DNA of 36,393 nt, from positions 1 to 36,393 of the forward strand of contig JBIOWP010000114.1 of NCBI GenBank assembly GCA_044868695.1, read 5' to 3'. Shown here one piece after another: positions 8,130-17,048 of this stretch (positions within the stretch are counted from its first letter, which is position 1; every line of letters starts with the position of its first letter). Made by a program: the position numbers and the translations under genes. The stretch comes from a bacterium (GTDB taxonomy: Bacteria; Sysuimicrobiota; Sysuimicrobiia; Sysuimicrobiales; Kaftiobacteriaceae). The notes below the pieces were generated by a model. The model was not told where the DNA came from. It did no database searches and was given only the letters and a program-made list of their open reading frames with translations.

Positions 8130-9428
8130 ATGGCGACCAACCTTCTTGCCTCGCCATATGTCAGTCTGGAACCGCGCCCTGATGCGCGCCGGGGGATCCT
8201 CACGCGCCGGACCTTCCGCGCGTTCAAGGAGCTGCCGGTTGACTCGATGGTGCGGATGTCGGTCATGGAGACGGCACGCTGGGCTCCGGCTCCCGAGGAC
8301 AGCCATCCGGTCCGCTACATCATGGTGGACGACCCGGCGGTGAAGGCGAGCCTGTACCGGCTCACGCGCGAGTCGAAGGACATTTCGAACCACTGGGAGT
8401 CTCTGTTCAAACCCACCGGGCTGCGCGGGTACATCCAGAACTGGCTGGCCACCCCGTGGTGCATCGCCGTGTGCGCGTCGCTCGCCGAAGTCCCCCAGCA
8501 CATCCACCATACCTGGGATCATCACCTTGCGGCGGCGGGTGCGACCGAGTACCTGGCGCTGGCAGCCCGGTACCACAGCCTGAGTCTGGTGATCTATTCG
8601 CATTTCTCCAGTGAAAAACTGAAGCAGCTGCTCGACGTACCGTTCACATGGGATGTCGTCGGCGTGATGGGAGCGGGCTACCCCGATCTGCGCCGCATCA
8701 ATCCCGATGTGCTGGAAATCTCCTTGAGCCGCCTCCCGCTCCAAGACCTTGTGTTCGCCGACTCCTTCGGCGCCACAGCGTCCGATGAGATTCTGCGGAG
8801 TCCCACCGAGGCCGCGCCGCTGATGGATCTGAGAGAGGCGATGCTCGCCCGTCGGGCTGTGATACGATTTGCCCCGACCCCGGTGCCGCGGCCGCATCTC
8901 TTCGAGATCCTGCGGGCCGCCCAGTGGGCGCCCTCGGCCGGGAATTTCCAGCCGGTGCGGTACGTGGTGATCCGCGATCCCGACCGCCTGTCCCGTCTGC
9001 AGGAGCTCGCCGAGGAGTCGGCGCGCATCTCAGCCCACTGGTTCCCGCGTTACGGAGCCGGGTTTACCGAGCATCCTGACTGGCGCACCGTGCCCCTCGC
9101 GGTGGCGCTGGTGGTCGACCCGGCACGGGGTGGTCCGCATATTCACGGGGAGGCCACTCATATGCACGGCGCCGGCCTCGCAGCCACCAATATGTGGGTC
9201 ATGGCGTGCGCTCTCGGGCTGGGCGCCACGCTGGTCACGCACTGGATCGAGGAAAAGGTGAAAGCCCTCATTGACTGCCCGCGCACGTGGGATCTGGCCG
9301 GCGTCATGGCGTTCGGATTTCCGGCGGCGACGCCGGAGTGGGAGCGGCGCCCGCTGGAGGACCTGGTGTACCAGGACGCGTTCGGGCACCCCTGGGACCT
9401 CGCCCAGGACGCTCGGGTCCATGGCTAG
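8130..9428 (+). CDS. Nitroreductase-superfamily flavoprotein with two tandem domains
   Basis: Domain 1 'RRTFRAF..ARWAPAPEDSHPVRYIMV..GAGYP'; domain 2 'RRAVIRF..AQWAPSAGNFQPVRYVVI..LGLGA..AFGFP..RRPL'. Track start 7710 overlaps the opposite-strand esterase, so ATG 8130 is used. Confidence 0.85.
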   Translation: MATNLLASPYVSLEPRPDARRGILTRRTFRAFKELPVDSMVRMSVMETARWAPAPEDSHPVRYIMVDDPAVKASLYRLTRESKDISNHWESLFKPTGLRGYIQNWLATPWCIAVCASLAEVPQHIHHTWDHHLAAAGATEYLALAARYHSLSLVIYSHFSSEKLKQLLDVPFTWDVVGVMGAGYPDLRRINPDVLEISLSRLPLQDLVFADSFGATASDEILRSPTEAAPLMDLREAMLARRAVIRFAPTPVPRPHLFEILRAAQWAPSAGNFQPVRYVVIRDPDRLSRLQELAEESARISAHWFPRYGAGFTEHPDWRTVPLAVALVVDPARGGPHIHGEATHMHGAGLAATNMWVMACALGLGATLVTHWIEEKVKALIDCPRTWDLAGVMAFGFPAATPEWERRPLEDLVYQDAFGHPWDLAQDARVHG

Positions 9429-10365
9429 CCTCGGCTTCGTCGGGTTGGGTGTGATGGGCGGACGGATCGCCAGGCGCCTCCTCGCCGCAGGACATGCCGT
9501 CACCGGATACAACCGGACGAAAGCCAAGGCGCAGTGGTTGATCGACGCCGGGATGACGTGGGCGGGCACCCCGCGTGCGGTGGCGTCCTCCGTGGACGTC
9601 GTGTTCACGATGCTCACCGACACCGCTGCGCTCCGCGCCGTGACCAGCGGTCCCGATGGGTTGATCGCGGGTCTGGGTCCGGGGAAGGTGTACATTGACA
9701 TGAGTACGGTCAGCCCCGCGGCCAGCCGCGAGCTGGCACGACTCGCTGCTGCGCGGGGCGCCGGCATGCTCGATGCTCCCGTGTCGGGCAGTGTCAGCAC
9801 GCTAGAAGAAGGCCGGCTGTCGATCATGGTGGGCGGGGATCCCGCGGTGGCCGAACGCGTCAGACCGATACTGCTGGACATCGGGCCGAAGGTCACCTAT
9901 GTCGGCGGCAACGGCCAGGCCGTGCTGATGAAAATCGCGACCAATCTGAGTCTGGCCGTGCAGATGCTGGCGTTCAGCGAGGCCGTGGTGCTGGCGGAGA
10001 AGAACGGCATTCCCCGCGAGACGGCGGTCGAGGTGCTGCTGAACAGCGTCATCGCGTCTCCCATGGTCAAGTACCGCGGTCCGTTTGTGCTGCGGATGCC
10101 AGAGGAGGCCTGGTTCGACGTCGGCATGATGCAAAAGGATTTGAATCTGGCGCTCGAGCTGGGGAAACAGACGTCGGTGCCGCTGCCGGCGACCGCGGTC
10201 GCCAACGAGATGCTCTCAGCCGCCCGCGGGCTGGGCCTGGGAGAGCAGGATTTTGCCGTGGTCTTCGACGTGCTCGCGCGCCTGGCGGGGCTGCACGCCA
10301 GGGATCAGGGACCTGGGACCGGGGACCAGAAGGCGGAGACGCGCGTCCAGGGGTCCACGCGATGA
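9421..10365 (+). CDS. NAD(P)-dependent beta-hydroxyacid dehydrogenase (3-hydroxyisobutyrate/tartronate semialdehyde reductase family)
   Basis: 'GFVGLGVMG', 'YNRT', 'DMST', 'LDAPVSG', catalytic 'KIATN', 'KDL'; ATG 9421 overlaps the upstream stop. Confidence 0.92.
   Translation: MASLGFVGLGVMGGRIARRLLAAGHAVTGYNRTKAKAQWLIDAGMTWAGTPRAVASSVDVVFTMLTDTAALRAVTSGPDGLIAGLGPGKVYIDMSTVSPAASRELARLAAARGAGMLDAPVSGSVSTLEEGRLSIMVGGDPAVAERVRPILLDIGPKVTYVGGNGQAVLMKIATNLSLAVQMLAFSEAVVLAEKNGIPRETAVEVLLNSVIASPMVKYRGPFVLRMPEEAWFDVGMMQKDLNLALELGKQTSVPLPATAVANEMLSAARGLGLGEQDFAVVFDVLARLAGLHARDQGPGTGDQKAETRVQGSTR
10301..10328 (+). repeat. Heptamer tandem repeat (GGGAYCN x4)
   Basis: GGGATCA GGGACCT GGGACCG GGGACCA within the 3' end of the dehydrogenase. 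Confidence 0.7.
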
Positions 10366-11321
10366 ACCGGGACCAGTGGCTGGACGTGTATGCTCAGATG
10401 GTGCGGATCCGTCTCTTCGAGGAACAGGTCAACGAGCTCTACACCTCAGCGAAGATGCCGGGCCTGGCGCATCTGTACATCGGGCAGGAGGCCGTCGCCG
10501 CCGGCGTCTGCGCCGTGCTGCGGCCCGACGACTACATCACGTCAACCCACCGCGGGCACGGGCACTGCCTGGCCAAGGGCGCCGCGGTGGACCGGATGTT
10601 TGCCGAGCTCCTCGGCAAAGCGCACGGGTACTGCCGCGGCAAGGGCGGGTCGATGCACATCGCCGATCAAGAGCGGGGCAACCTGGGCGCCAACGCCATC
10701 GTCGCCGGGAGCGCCGGCATTGCCACCGGCGCGGCCTTCTCCGTGAAGCGCGCGGGAACCGGCCGCGTGGCGGTGTGTTTCTTTGGGGAAGGCGGGCTCG
10801 GCCAGGGCGTGCTCTACGAGGTTATGAACATGGCCGCGCTGTGGACGCTCCCCGTCGTCTACGTCTGCGAGAACAATCTCTACAATGAATACACGTCCTA
10901 CCGCGAAACCACCGCGGGTGAGATCCTGGCGAGGCCGCGTGCATTCGGCCTGACGGCCGTGGAGGTCGACGGTCAGGACGCGCGGGCGGTGGTGGCCGCT
11001 GCGGGCGAGCTCGTGGAACGGGCCCGGGGTGGGGGAGGCCCGGCGTTCCTGCTGTGCCACACCTACCGGTTCATGGGCCACCATGTAGGGGATGTCAACC
11101 GCGCGTACTATCGCAGCAGGGATGAGGAGCAGCGCTGGCGGGCCGAACGCGATCCGATCACGATCCTCGCCGCGTGGCTGTCGGCAGAGAAGCTGGCCGG
11201 CCCCTCCGATCTGCAGCGCGTCGAACAACAGGTGCGCGCGGCGATCGCCGCGGGCCTGCAGGCGGCGCTCGAGGCGCCGTATCCTGATCCCGGCGAGGTC
11301 ACGCAGGATGTCTATGCCTAA
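10362..11321 (+). CDS. TPP-dependent dehydrogenase E1 alpha subunit (AcoA/PdhA-like)
   Basis: 'HLYIGQEA', 'THRGHGH', 'GKGGSMH', TPP motif 'FFGEG...CENN', 'TYRFMGHH'. Confidence 0.94.
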   Translation: MNRDQWLDVYAQMVRIRLFEEQVNELYTSAKMPGLAHLYIGQEAVAAGVCAVLRPDDYITSTHRGHGHCLAKGAAVDRMFAELLGKAHGYCRGKGGSMHIADQERGNLGANAIVAGSAGIATGAAFSVKRAGTGRVAVCFFGEGGLGQGVLYEVMNMAALWTLPVVYVCENNLYNEYTSYRETTAGEILARPRAFGLTAVEVDGQDARAVVAAAGELVERARGGGGPAFLLCHTYRFMGHHVGDVNRAYYRSRDEEQRWRAERDPITILAAWLSAEKLAGPSDLQRVEQQVRAAIAAGLQAALEAPYPDPGEVTQDVYA

Positions 11322-11337
11322 CACGACATAACTGAGT

Positions 11338-11413
11338 AATCTATTGAATCCACTGGATCTGTTGAATCTGTTGGATCCAATAGATTCGATAGATTTAATA
11401 GATTCAACAGATT
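11338..11413. repeat. AT-rich palindromic array of 9-bp units, copy 1
   Basis: AATCTATTG AATCCACTG GATCTGTTG AATCTGTTG - GATC - CAATAGATT CGATAGATT TAATAGATT CAACAGATT (4 direct + 4 inverted units). Confidence 0.92.
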
Positions 11414-11446
11414 GAAGTTAGGGGGTCTTACGACTTGAGGGAGCAG

Positions 11447-12439
11447 GTGGCCGTCGCCGTTCGTGAGATTACGTTCGCGCAGGCCGTGCGGGAGGCGCTG
11501 GCGGAGGAAATGCGGCGCGACCCCACCGTGTTCATCATCGGTGAAGACGTGGCCGAAGCGGGGACGCCGTTTAAGGTGCTCTCGGGGCTGGTGGAGGAGT
11601 TCGGGCCGGACCGGGTGGTCGACTCGCCAATCTCGGAGGCGGGGATCACGGGGCTGGCGGTGGGATCGGCGATGACCGGCCTGCGGCCGGTCGTGGACAT
11701 CATGTTCGGGGACTTCATCACGCTGGCGATGGACCAGATCGCCAATCAGGCCGCCAAGGTGCGCTACATGTCCGGCGGCAAGCTGGCGGTCCCGCTGGTG
11801 ATCCGCACTACGATGGGAGCGACGCGGCGCTCGGCCGCCCAGCACAGCCAGAGCCTGCATGCCTGGGTGAGCCACATCCCCGGCCTGAAGGTGGTGCTCC
11901 CGTCGACCCCCTATGACGCGAAAGGACTGTGGAAGACGGCGATCCGCGACAACAACCCCGTGGTGATCTTCGAGGACAAGATGATGTACCAGCTCAAAGG
12001 GGCGGTGCCCGAGGGAGACTACACGATTCCCTTTGGGCTCGCCGACGTCAAGCGCCCCGGCGCCGACGTCACCGTGGTCGCCACCAGCAGCATGGTCCAG
12101 GTGGCGCTACGCGCAGCCGAGCTGCTCGAACAGGACGGCATCAGCGCCGAAGTCATCGACCCCCGGACCACGGTGCCGCTGGACGTGGAGACGCTGGTCG
12201 AGTCGGCCAAGAAAACCAGCCGGTGCATCGTCGTGGACGAGGGCTACCAGCGCTTTGGGGTCACCGCCGAGATCGCCGCGGCGATCGGCGAAGGAGCGTT
12301 CCACTACCTCGACGCGCCGGTGACGCGGATCGGCGCGATGGATGTTCCGGTGCCATTCTCACCGGTCCTCGAAGATCTGACGGTCCCGACGCCCGAGGCC
12401 GTCGTCGCCGCGGCGAGGGTGTTGTGCGGGAAAGCGTAA
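11447..12439 (+). CDS. TPP-dependent dehydrogenase E1 beta subunit (AcoB/PdhB-like)
   Basis: 'GEDV', 'DSPISE', 'GLRPVV', 'AMDQIANQAAK', 'AAQHSQS', 'YLDAPV'; GTG 11447 follows GAGGGAG. Confidence 0.94.
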   Translation: MAVAVREITFAQAVREALAEEMRRDPTVFIIGEDVAEAGTPFKVLSGLVEEFGPDRVVDSPISEAGITGLAVGSAMTGLRPVVDIMFGDFITLAMDQIANQAAKVRYMSGGKLAVPLVIRTTMGATRRSAAQHSQSLHAWVSHIPGLKVVLPSTPYDAKGLWKTAIRDNNPVVIFEDKMMYQLKGAVPEGDYTIPFGLADVKRPGADVTVVATSSMVQVALRAAELLEQDGISAEVIDPRTTVPLDVETLVESAKKTSRCIVVDEGYQRFGVTAEIAAAIGEGAFHYLDAPVTRIGAMDVPVPFSPVLEDLTVPTPEAVVAAARVLCGKA

Positions 12440-12453
12440 GGGAGGGGAGACCG

Positions 12454-13800
12454 ATGGGCATCAAGACGTTCGGGCAGATGGGAGTGGACTGGGAGGAGCG
12501 GGTAAGCTTCGAGCGGCTTCGCACCGAGCGCCTGGCCCGGGTCAAGACGTTCCTCGACGCATCCGAGCTGGGAGCGCTGCTGTGTTTTGACATGAACAAC
12601 ATCCGGTACATCACCGCCACCCACATCGGGACGTGGGCGATGGACAAGCTGGTCCGGTTCACCCTCCTCCCGCGCGGCGACGAGCCCATTCTCTGGGACT
12701 TCGGGTCGGCGGCGCGCCACCACCAGCTCTACAACCCCTGGCTGGGGGAGCGGTCGCGCGCCGGCATCTCGACGCTGCGCGGCGCGTATCCGGAGCGGGC
12801 GAAAGACGTCGCCCACAAGATCCGCATCGAGCTGGAGCAGCGGAAATTGCACCGCCAGCCGCTGGGCGTCGATGTGGTCGAGATTCCGGTGCTGGAGGCG
12901 CTCAAGGCGGAGGGCATCACGGTGGTCGACGGGCAGCGCCTGATGCAGGAAGTGCGGAAGATCAAGACCCAGGATGAGATCACCCTGCTGGCCACGGCGT
13001 GCATGATGGTGGACGCCGCGTACGAGGAGTTGTACCGCACGATGCGCCCCGGCATGAGGGAGAACGAGTGCGTCGGGCTGGTCAACAAGGTCCTCTACGA
13101 CCTGGGCTCTGAGCACGTCGAAGGGGTCAACGCGATCTCGGGTGAGCGCTGCAATCCGCACCCTCACGTGTACACCGACCGCGTGCTGCGGCCCGGAGAT
13201 CCTGCCTACTTCGACATCCTGCACAGCTTCATGGGCTACCGCACCTGCTACTACCGGACCTTCGCCGTCGGCAGCGCGTCGCAGGCGCAGGTCGACGCCT
13301 ACACGCGCTGCCGGGCATACCTGGACGACGCGATCAGCCTGATCAAGCCCGGTGTGTCGACCGCGGACGTCGTGAAGGTCTGGCCCAAAGCGCAGGAGTT
13401 TGGGTTCGCCAATGAAGAGGCGGCGTTCGCCCTGCAGTACGGGCACGGCGTCGGGCTGTCCATCTGGGAGAAGCCGATCTTCAGCCGGCTGGTGTCGCTC
13501 GACTACCCTGAAGTCATTGAAGAGGGAATGGTGTTCGCGCTGGAGACATTCTGGCCGGCCGCGGACGGGTGGTCCGCGGCCCGGATTGAAGAACAGCTCG
13601 TCGTCACCAAGAACGGCTGCGAGATCATTACCCGGTTCCCGGCGGAACAGCTACTGGTGGCCGGCACGCGCTACCACACCGCGGCGGGTCCGCTGCCGGC
13701 GACCCGGGAGACGCAGTCCAACCTCAACCGCAAGCCGGGCGCTACCCTGGACGCGGTCGTCGGCAGCGCGCGACAGGAAGGGAGCAAGGTCCGGGCCTGA
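12454..13800 (+). CDS. M24 / creatinase-fold (Xaa-Pro peptidase family) protein with altered metal site
   Basis: RBS GGAGG; 'NIRYIT', 'RKIKTQDEI', 'YFD..GYRTCYYRTF', 'GHGVGL..WEKP', 'GMVFALE', 'RIEE'. Confidence 0.88.
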   Translation: MGIKTFGQMGVDWEERVSFERLRTERLARVKTFLDASELGALLCFDMNNIRYITATHIGTWAMDKLVRFTLLPRGDEPILWDFGSAARHHQLYNPWLGERSRAGISTLRGAYPERAKDVAHKIRIELEQRKLHRQPLGVDVVEIPVLEALKAEGITVVDGQRLMQEVRKIKTQDEITLLATACMMVDAAYEELYRTMRPGMRENECVGLVNKVLYDLGSEHVEGVNAISGERCNPHPHVYTDRVLRPGDPAYFDILHSFMGYRTCYYRTFAVGSASQAQVDAYTRCRAYLDDAISLIKPGVSTADVVKVWPKAQEFGFANEEAAFALQYGHGVGLSIWEKPIFSRLVSLDYPEVIEEGMVFALETFWPAADGWSAARIEEQLVVTKNGCEIITRFPAEQLLVAGTRYHTAAGPLPATRETQSNLNRKPGATLDAVVGSARQEGSKVRA

Positions 13801-14882
13801 TGCCGACCAGCGTCATCATGCCGGCGCTCGGGATGGCTCAAGACACCGGCAAGGTGCTGCGGTGGCTCGCGGCCGAAGGCCAGGCGGTCGTCAAGGGCCA
13901 GTCCCTCATGGAGATCGAAACGGACAAGGTGACCGCCGAGATCGAGGCTCCGGCGTCGGGCGTGCTGGCCGGCGTGCGCGCGCAGCCTGGCCAGGAGGTT
14001 CCCGTCGGCCAGATCATCGCGTACATTCTCGGGGCGGGAGAATCCCTGCCGGCCGCTGCTCCGCAGGCGTCCGTGCGTCCGCCGGCCTCCCCTAAAGCCA
14101 GGCGGCTTGCCCACGAGCGAGGCGTCGATCTATCGGGGCTGACCGGTTCGGGACCCGGCGGAGAAATTACGACCGCAGACGTCATGGCCGCGAGCGGATC
14201 ACCCGCGCAGACGGCCGAGATCTCGATGAGCGAGGCCTGGCGCACGATGGCCGAACGGCTCGCCCAGGCCTGGAGCGCCGTCCCGCATTTCTACCTGACC
14301 CGCGAGGTCGAAGCCCACGGGCTCGTCGAGCGCCGGCGCGCACTGGCGGCGGCCGTGCCCGCGGTGACATACACGGACCTGATCGTGGTCTTCACCGCGC
14401 GCGCACTCCGGGCACACCCACGCCTGTCGGCCCGGTGGGACAGCGGGCGTATCGTCAGCCAGCCGAAACTCGGCATCGGCATTGCCGTGGCCACCGAGGA
14501 CGGTCTGGTCGTCCCAGTCATTCAGCGCGCCGACGAGCTGAGCGCTGAGGACGTCGCGCGGACCCGCCATGACCTGGTCACGCGGGCGCAGGCCGGCCGG
14601 CTCCGGCCGGAGGACGTGTGGGGAGGGACATTCACCATCAGCAACCTGGGGATGTTCGGGGTCGACGCGGTCGCGGCGATCGTGAACCCTCCCCAGGCGG
14701 CGATTCTCGGCATCGGGCGGATTGCGGATCGGGTCGTCGCGGTGTCCGGAGCGCCCGCCGTCCGGCCGGCGCTGACACTCACGCTCACCTGCGATCACCG
14801 TGTGGTCGATGGCGCGCGGGGAGCCGAATTCTTGTCGACTCTGGCGGATCTCATCGAGCGGGCGGGAGACACTCCGTCGTAA
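13800..14882 (+). CDS. Dihydrolipoamide acyltransferase E2 (AcoC/PdhC-like)
   Basis: Lipoyl motif 'IETDKVT', subunit-binding domain 'ASPKARRLA..GSGPGG', 'GGTFTISNLG', catalytic 'DHRVVDG'. Confidence 0.94.
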   Translation: MPTSVIMPALGMAQDTGKVLRWLAAEGQAVVKGQSLMEIETDKVTAEIEAPASGVLAGVRAQPGQEVPVGQIIAYILGAGESLPAAAPQASVRPPASPKARRLAHERGVDLSGLTGSGPGGEITTADVMAASGSPAQTAEISMSEAWRTMAERLAQAWSAVPHFYLTREVEAHGLVERRRALAAAVPAVTYTDLIVVFTARALRAHPRLSARWDSGRIVSQPKLGIGIAVATEDGLVVPVIQRADELSAEDVARTRHDLVTRAQAGRLRPEDVWGGTFTISNLGMFGVDAVAAIVNPPQAAILGIGRIADRVVAVSGAPAVRPALTLTLTCDHRVVDGARGAEFLSTLADLIERAGDTPS

Positions 14883-14947
14883 CGAAAGGTAGGACCACGC
14901 CACAGCTGGTCGCTCAAGGAACCGGACTCAATGGGGAGGGGTGGGGG

Positions 14948-16144
14948 ATGAAACGTGTCGTGCTGATTGTTGCCGTGGTGACGGCGGTCGCTGTACTCCT
15001 GGGAAGCTATCACGCGACCGCGCAGGCGCCGATTCGCATCGGCGCGTCACTGCCGCTGACCGGGCGCTTCAGCGAACCCGGGAGTGCGGCCAAGCAGGGG
15101 TACGAAGTCTGGGTCCGCCTGGTCAACGAGAAGGGCGGGTTGTTGGGACGGCCGGTCCAGCTGACCGTGCTGGACAACGCCAGTGACCAACGCACCGCGG
15201 TGTCCGACTACGAGAAGCTCATCACGGTGGACAAGGTCGACCTGGTGGTCGGGCCGTTCAGCAGCTTCCTGGTGATTCCCACCTCGGAGGTCGCCGCCCG
15301 GTACGGGTATGCGTTCGTGGAACCCGCAGGAGGCGCGCCGGGGGTGTTCAACCGCGGCCTCCGCAACATCTTCTTTGCCCAGCCGGCGGCCGGTGACCGG
15401 CAGGCCGATCCCTTCGCGAAGTACATCCTCGCACTCCCAGAAAATGCGCGTCCGAAAACCTATGCCGTCATCAGCCAGGACGATCCGTTCACGCTCGGCG
15501 TGATGGCCCGCCTGAAGAACCTGCTGTCCGAGTACGGCAAGATCCGGCTCGTGCTGAATGAGGTGTATGCGCCGGACACGACCGATTTCTCTGCCATTGC
15601 GGCCAAGGTTGCGTCGTTGAATCCCGATCTCATCGTCGGCGGGACCGTGCTGGAAGATTCCGTCGGCCAGATCCGGGCGTATCGTGAAGCGGGCTACCAG
15701 CCCCGCGGCGCGTTCTTCACCACCGGCCCATCGCTGCCGGGACCGTTCCGCGAGGCGCTGGGGCGCTCGACGGAAGGGATCTTTGCCGCCATCTCCTGGT
15801 TCCCCGGGGCCAAGGACTACCAAAACGTTGAATTCGTGTCCACGTTCGTCAAGGTGTTCGGGGGAAAGCCCGACGATATCGCCGAGGATGCCGCGAACGC
15901 CTTCACGGTGGGTCAGGTGCTGCAGCAGGCGGTCGAGAAGGTCAAATCGCTCGACAACAAGCAGCTCATCGAGGAGCTCCACCGGGGGACCTACCGGACG
16001 ATTGTCGGACCGCTGAGTTTCGACGCGGTCGGCCGGCCGAAGGGGAGCTTCATGCTGCTGCAGTGGCGCGGCAACCGGTTCCTCATCGTCGCCCCGGACA
16101 ACCGCGCGGAGGGGGCGCCCGTCTGGCCGAAGCCCAGGTGGTAG
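14948..16144 (+). CDS. Branched-chain amino acid-type ABC transporter substrate-binding protein (LivJ/K-like)
   Basis: Signal peptide, 'IRIGASLPLTG', 'NEKGGLLGRPVQL', 'DKVDLVVGPFSS', 'DFS'. Confidence 0.92.
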   Translation: MKRVVLIVAVVTAVAVLLGSYHATAQAPIRIGASLPLTGRFSEPGSAAKQGYEVWVRLVNEKGGLLGRPVQLTVLDNASDQRTAVSDYEKLITVDKVDLVVGPFSSFLVIPTSEVAARYGYAFVEPAGGAPGVFNRGLRNIFFAQPAAGDRQADPFAKYILALPENARPKTYAVISQDDPFTLGVMARLKNLLSEYGKIRLVLNEVYAPDTTDFSAIAAKVASLNPDLIVGGTVLEDSVGQIRAYREAGYQPRGAFFTTGPSLPGPFREALGRSTEGIFAAISWFPGAKDYQNVEFVSTFVKVFGGKPDDIAEDAANAFTVGQVLQQAVEKVKSLDNKQLIEELHRGTYRTIVGPLSFDAVGRPKGSFMLLQWRGNRFLIVAPDNRAEGAPVWPKPRW

Positions 16145-16151
16145 CCGGGCG

Positions 16152-17048
16152 ATGAGCCTGCCGCCGCTGCCGGTGCTGGTGCAGGTGGCCGCCGTCGGCC
16201 TGCTGACCGGCGGAGTGTACGCCCTGCTGGCCGCAGGGTTGACGCTGATCTTCGGCGTGATGCGGGTCATCAACATCGCGCACGGCGCCTTTCTGATTCT
16301 CGGCGCGTACCTCGCCTACTGGCTGTTCACCGCCTACCGGCTCGACCCGATCCTGTCGATTGTGCTCCTTGCGCCGGCCTTCTTCGCGCTGGGCGCGTGC
16401 GCCCAGCGGTATGTCCTCTCACGGGTGCGGCAGGAGCCCGGACTTCTCGTGCTGGTGACGTTTGCGCTGGCGGTCACCCTGGAAGGCACGATGGGCGCGC
16501 TGTGGAAATCCACCGGCCGCTCGGTGCGGACCGCATACACCGGCGAGGTGGTGACGCTGGCCCTGGGAGACCTCTCGCTGCGGTTGCCGATCGTCCGCAT
16601 CGTCGGCTGCGCGGCGGCCGTGGTGGTGCTGGGGATACTGTTCGTCATCCTCACCCGCAGCGACCTGGGCCGTGCCATCCGGGCGACCATTCAAAACCGG
16701 GATGCCGCGCAGCTGGTCGGCGTCGACGTGGCACGGGTGCAGGCGCTGACCTTCGGGCTGGGGCTCGCGACGGTCGCGGCCGGCGGGGCGGTGTTCAGCC
16801 TCATCTGGACGTTCAATGCCAGCAGTCATGAGGCCTGGATTTCCAAGATGCTGTCAATCATCGTGCTGGGGGGCATGGGCAGCCTGCCGGGGGCCCTGCT
16901 GGCCGCGCTGATCATGGGAGTGGTGGAAGCGGTGGCCGCGGTGACCATCACCACCTACCTGTCGCCGATTGTGTTCTACCTGGTCCTCTTCGTGACGCTG
17001 GTCTTCCGGCCGCAGGGCTTGCTCGGCGCCCGCACGCGGGAGGCATGA
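16152..17048 (+). CDS. livH: Branched-chain amino acid-type ABC permease
   Basis: 'YALLAAGLTLIFGVMRVINIAHG', 'GRAIRA', 'VLGGMGSLPGA', 'RPQGLLG'. Confidence 0.93.
   Translation: MSLPPLPVLVQVAAVGLLTGGVYALLAAGLTLIFGVMRVINIAHGAFLILGAYLAYWLFTAYRLDPILSIVLLAPAFFALGACAQRYVLSRVRQEPGLLVLVTFALAVTLEGTMGALWKSTGRSVRTAYTGEVVTLALGDLSLRLPIVRIVGCAAAVVVLGILFVILTRSDLGRAIRATIQNRDAAQLVGVDVARVQALTFGLGLATVAAGGAVFSLIWTFNASSHEAWISKMLSIIVLGGMGSLPGALLAALIMGVVEAVAAVTITTYLSPIVFYLVLFVTLVFRPQGLLGARTREA

Noticed and set aside
10783..10875. GEG instead of GDG in the E1 alpha TPP motif as a novelty
   Set aside because: GEG is a known variant in branched-chain 2-oxoacid dehydrogenase E1 alpha subunits
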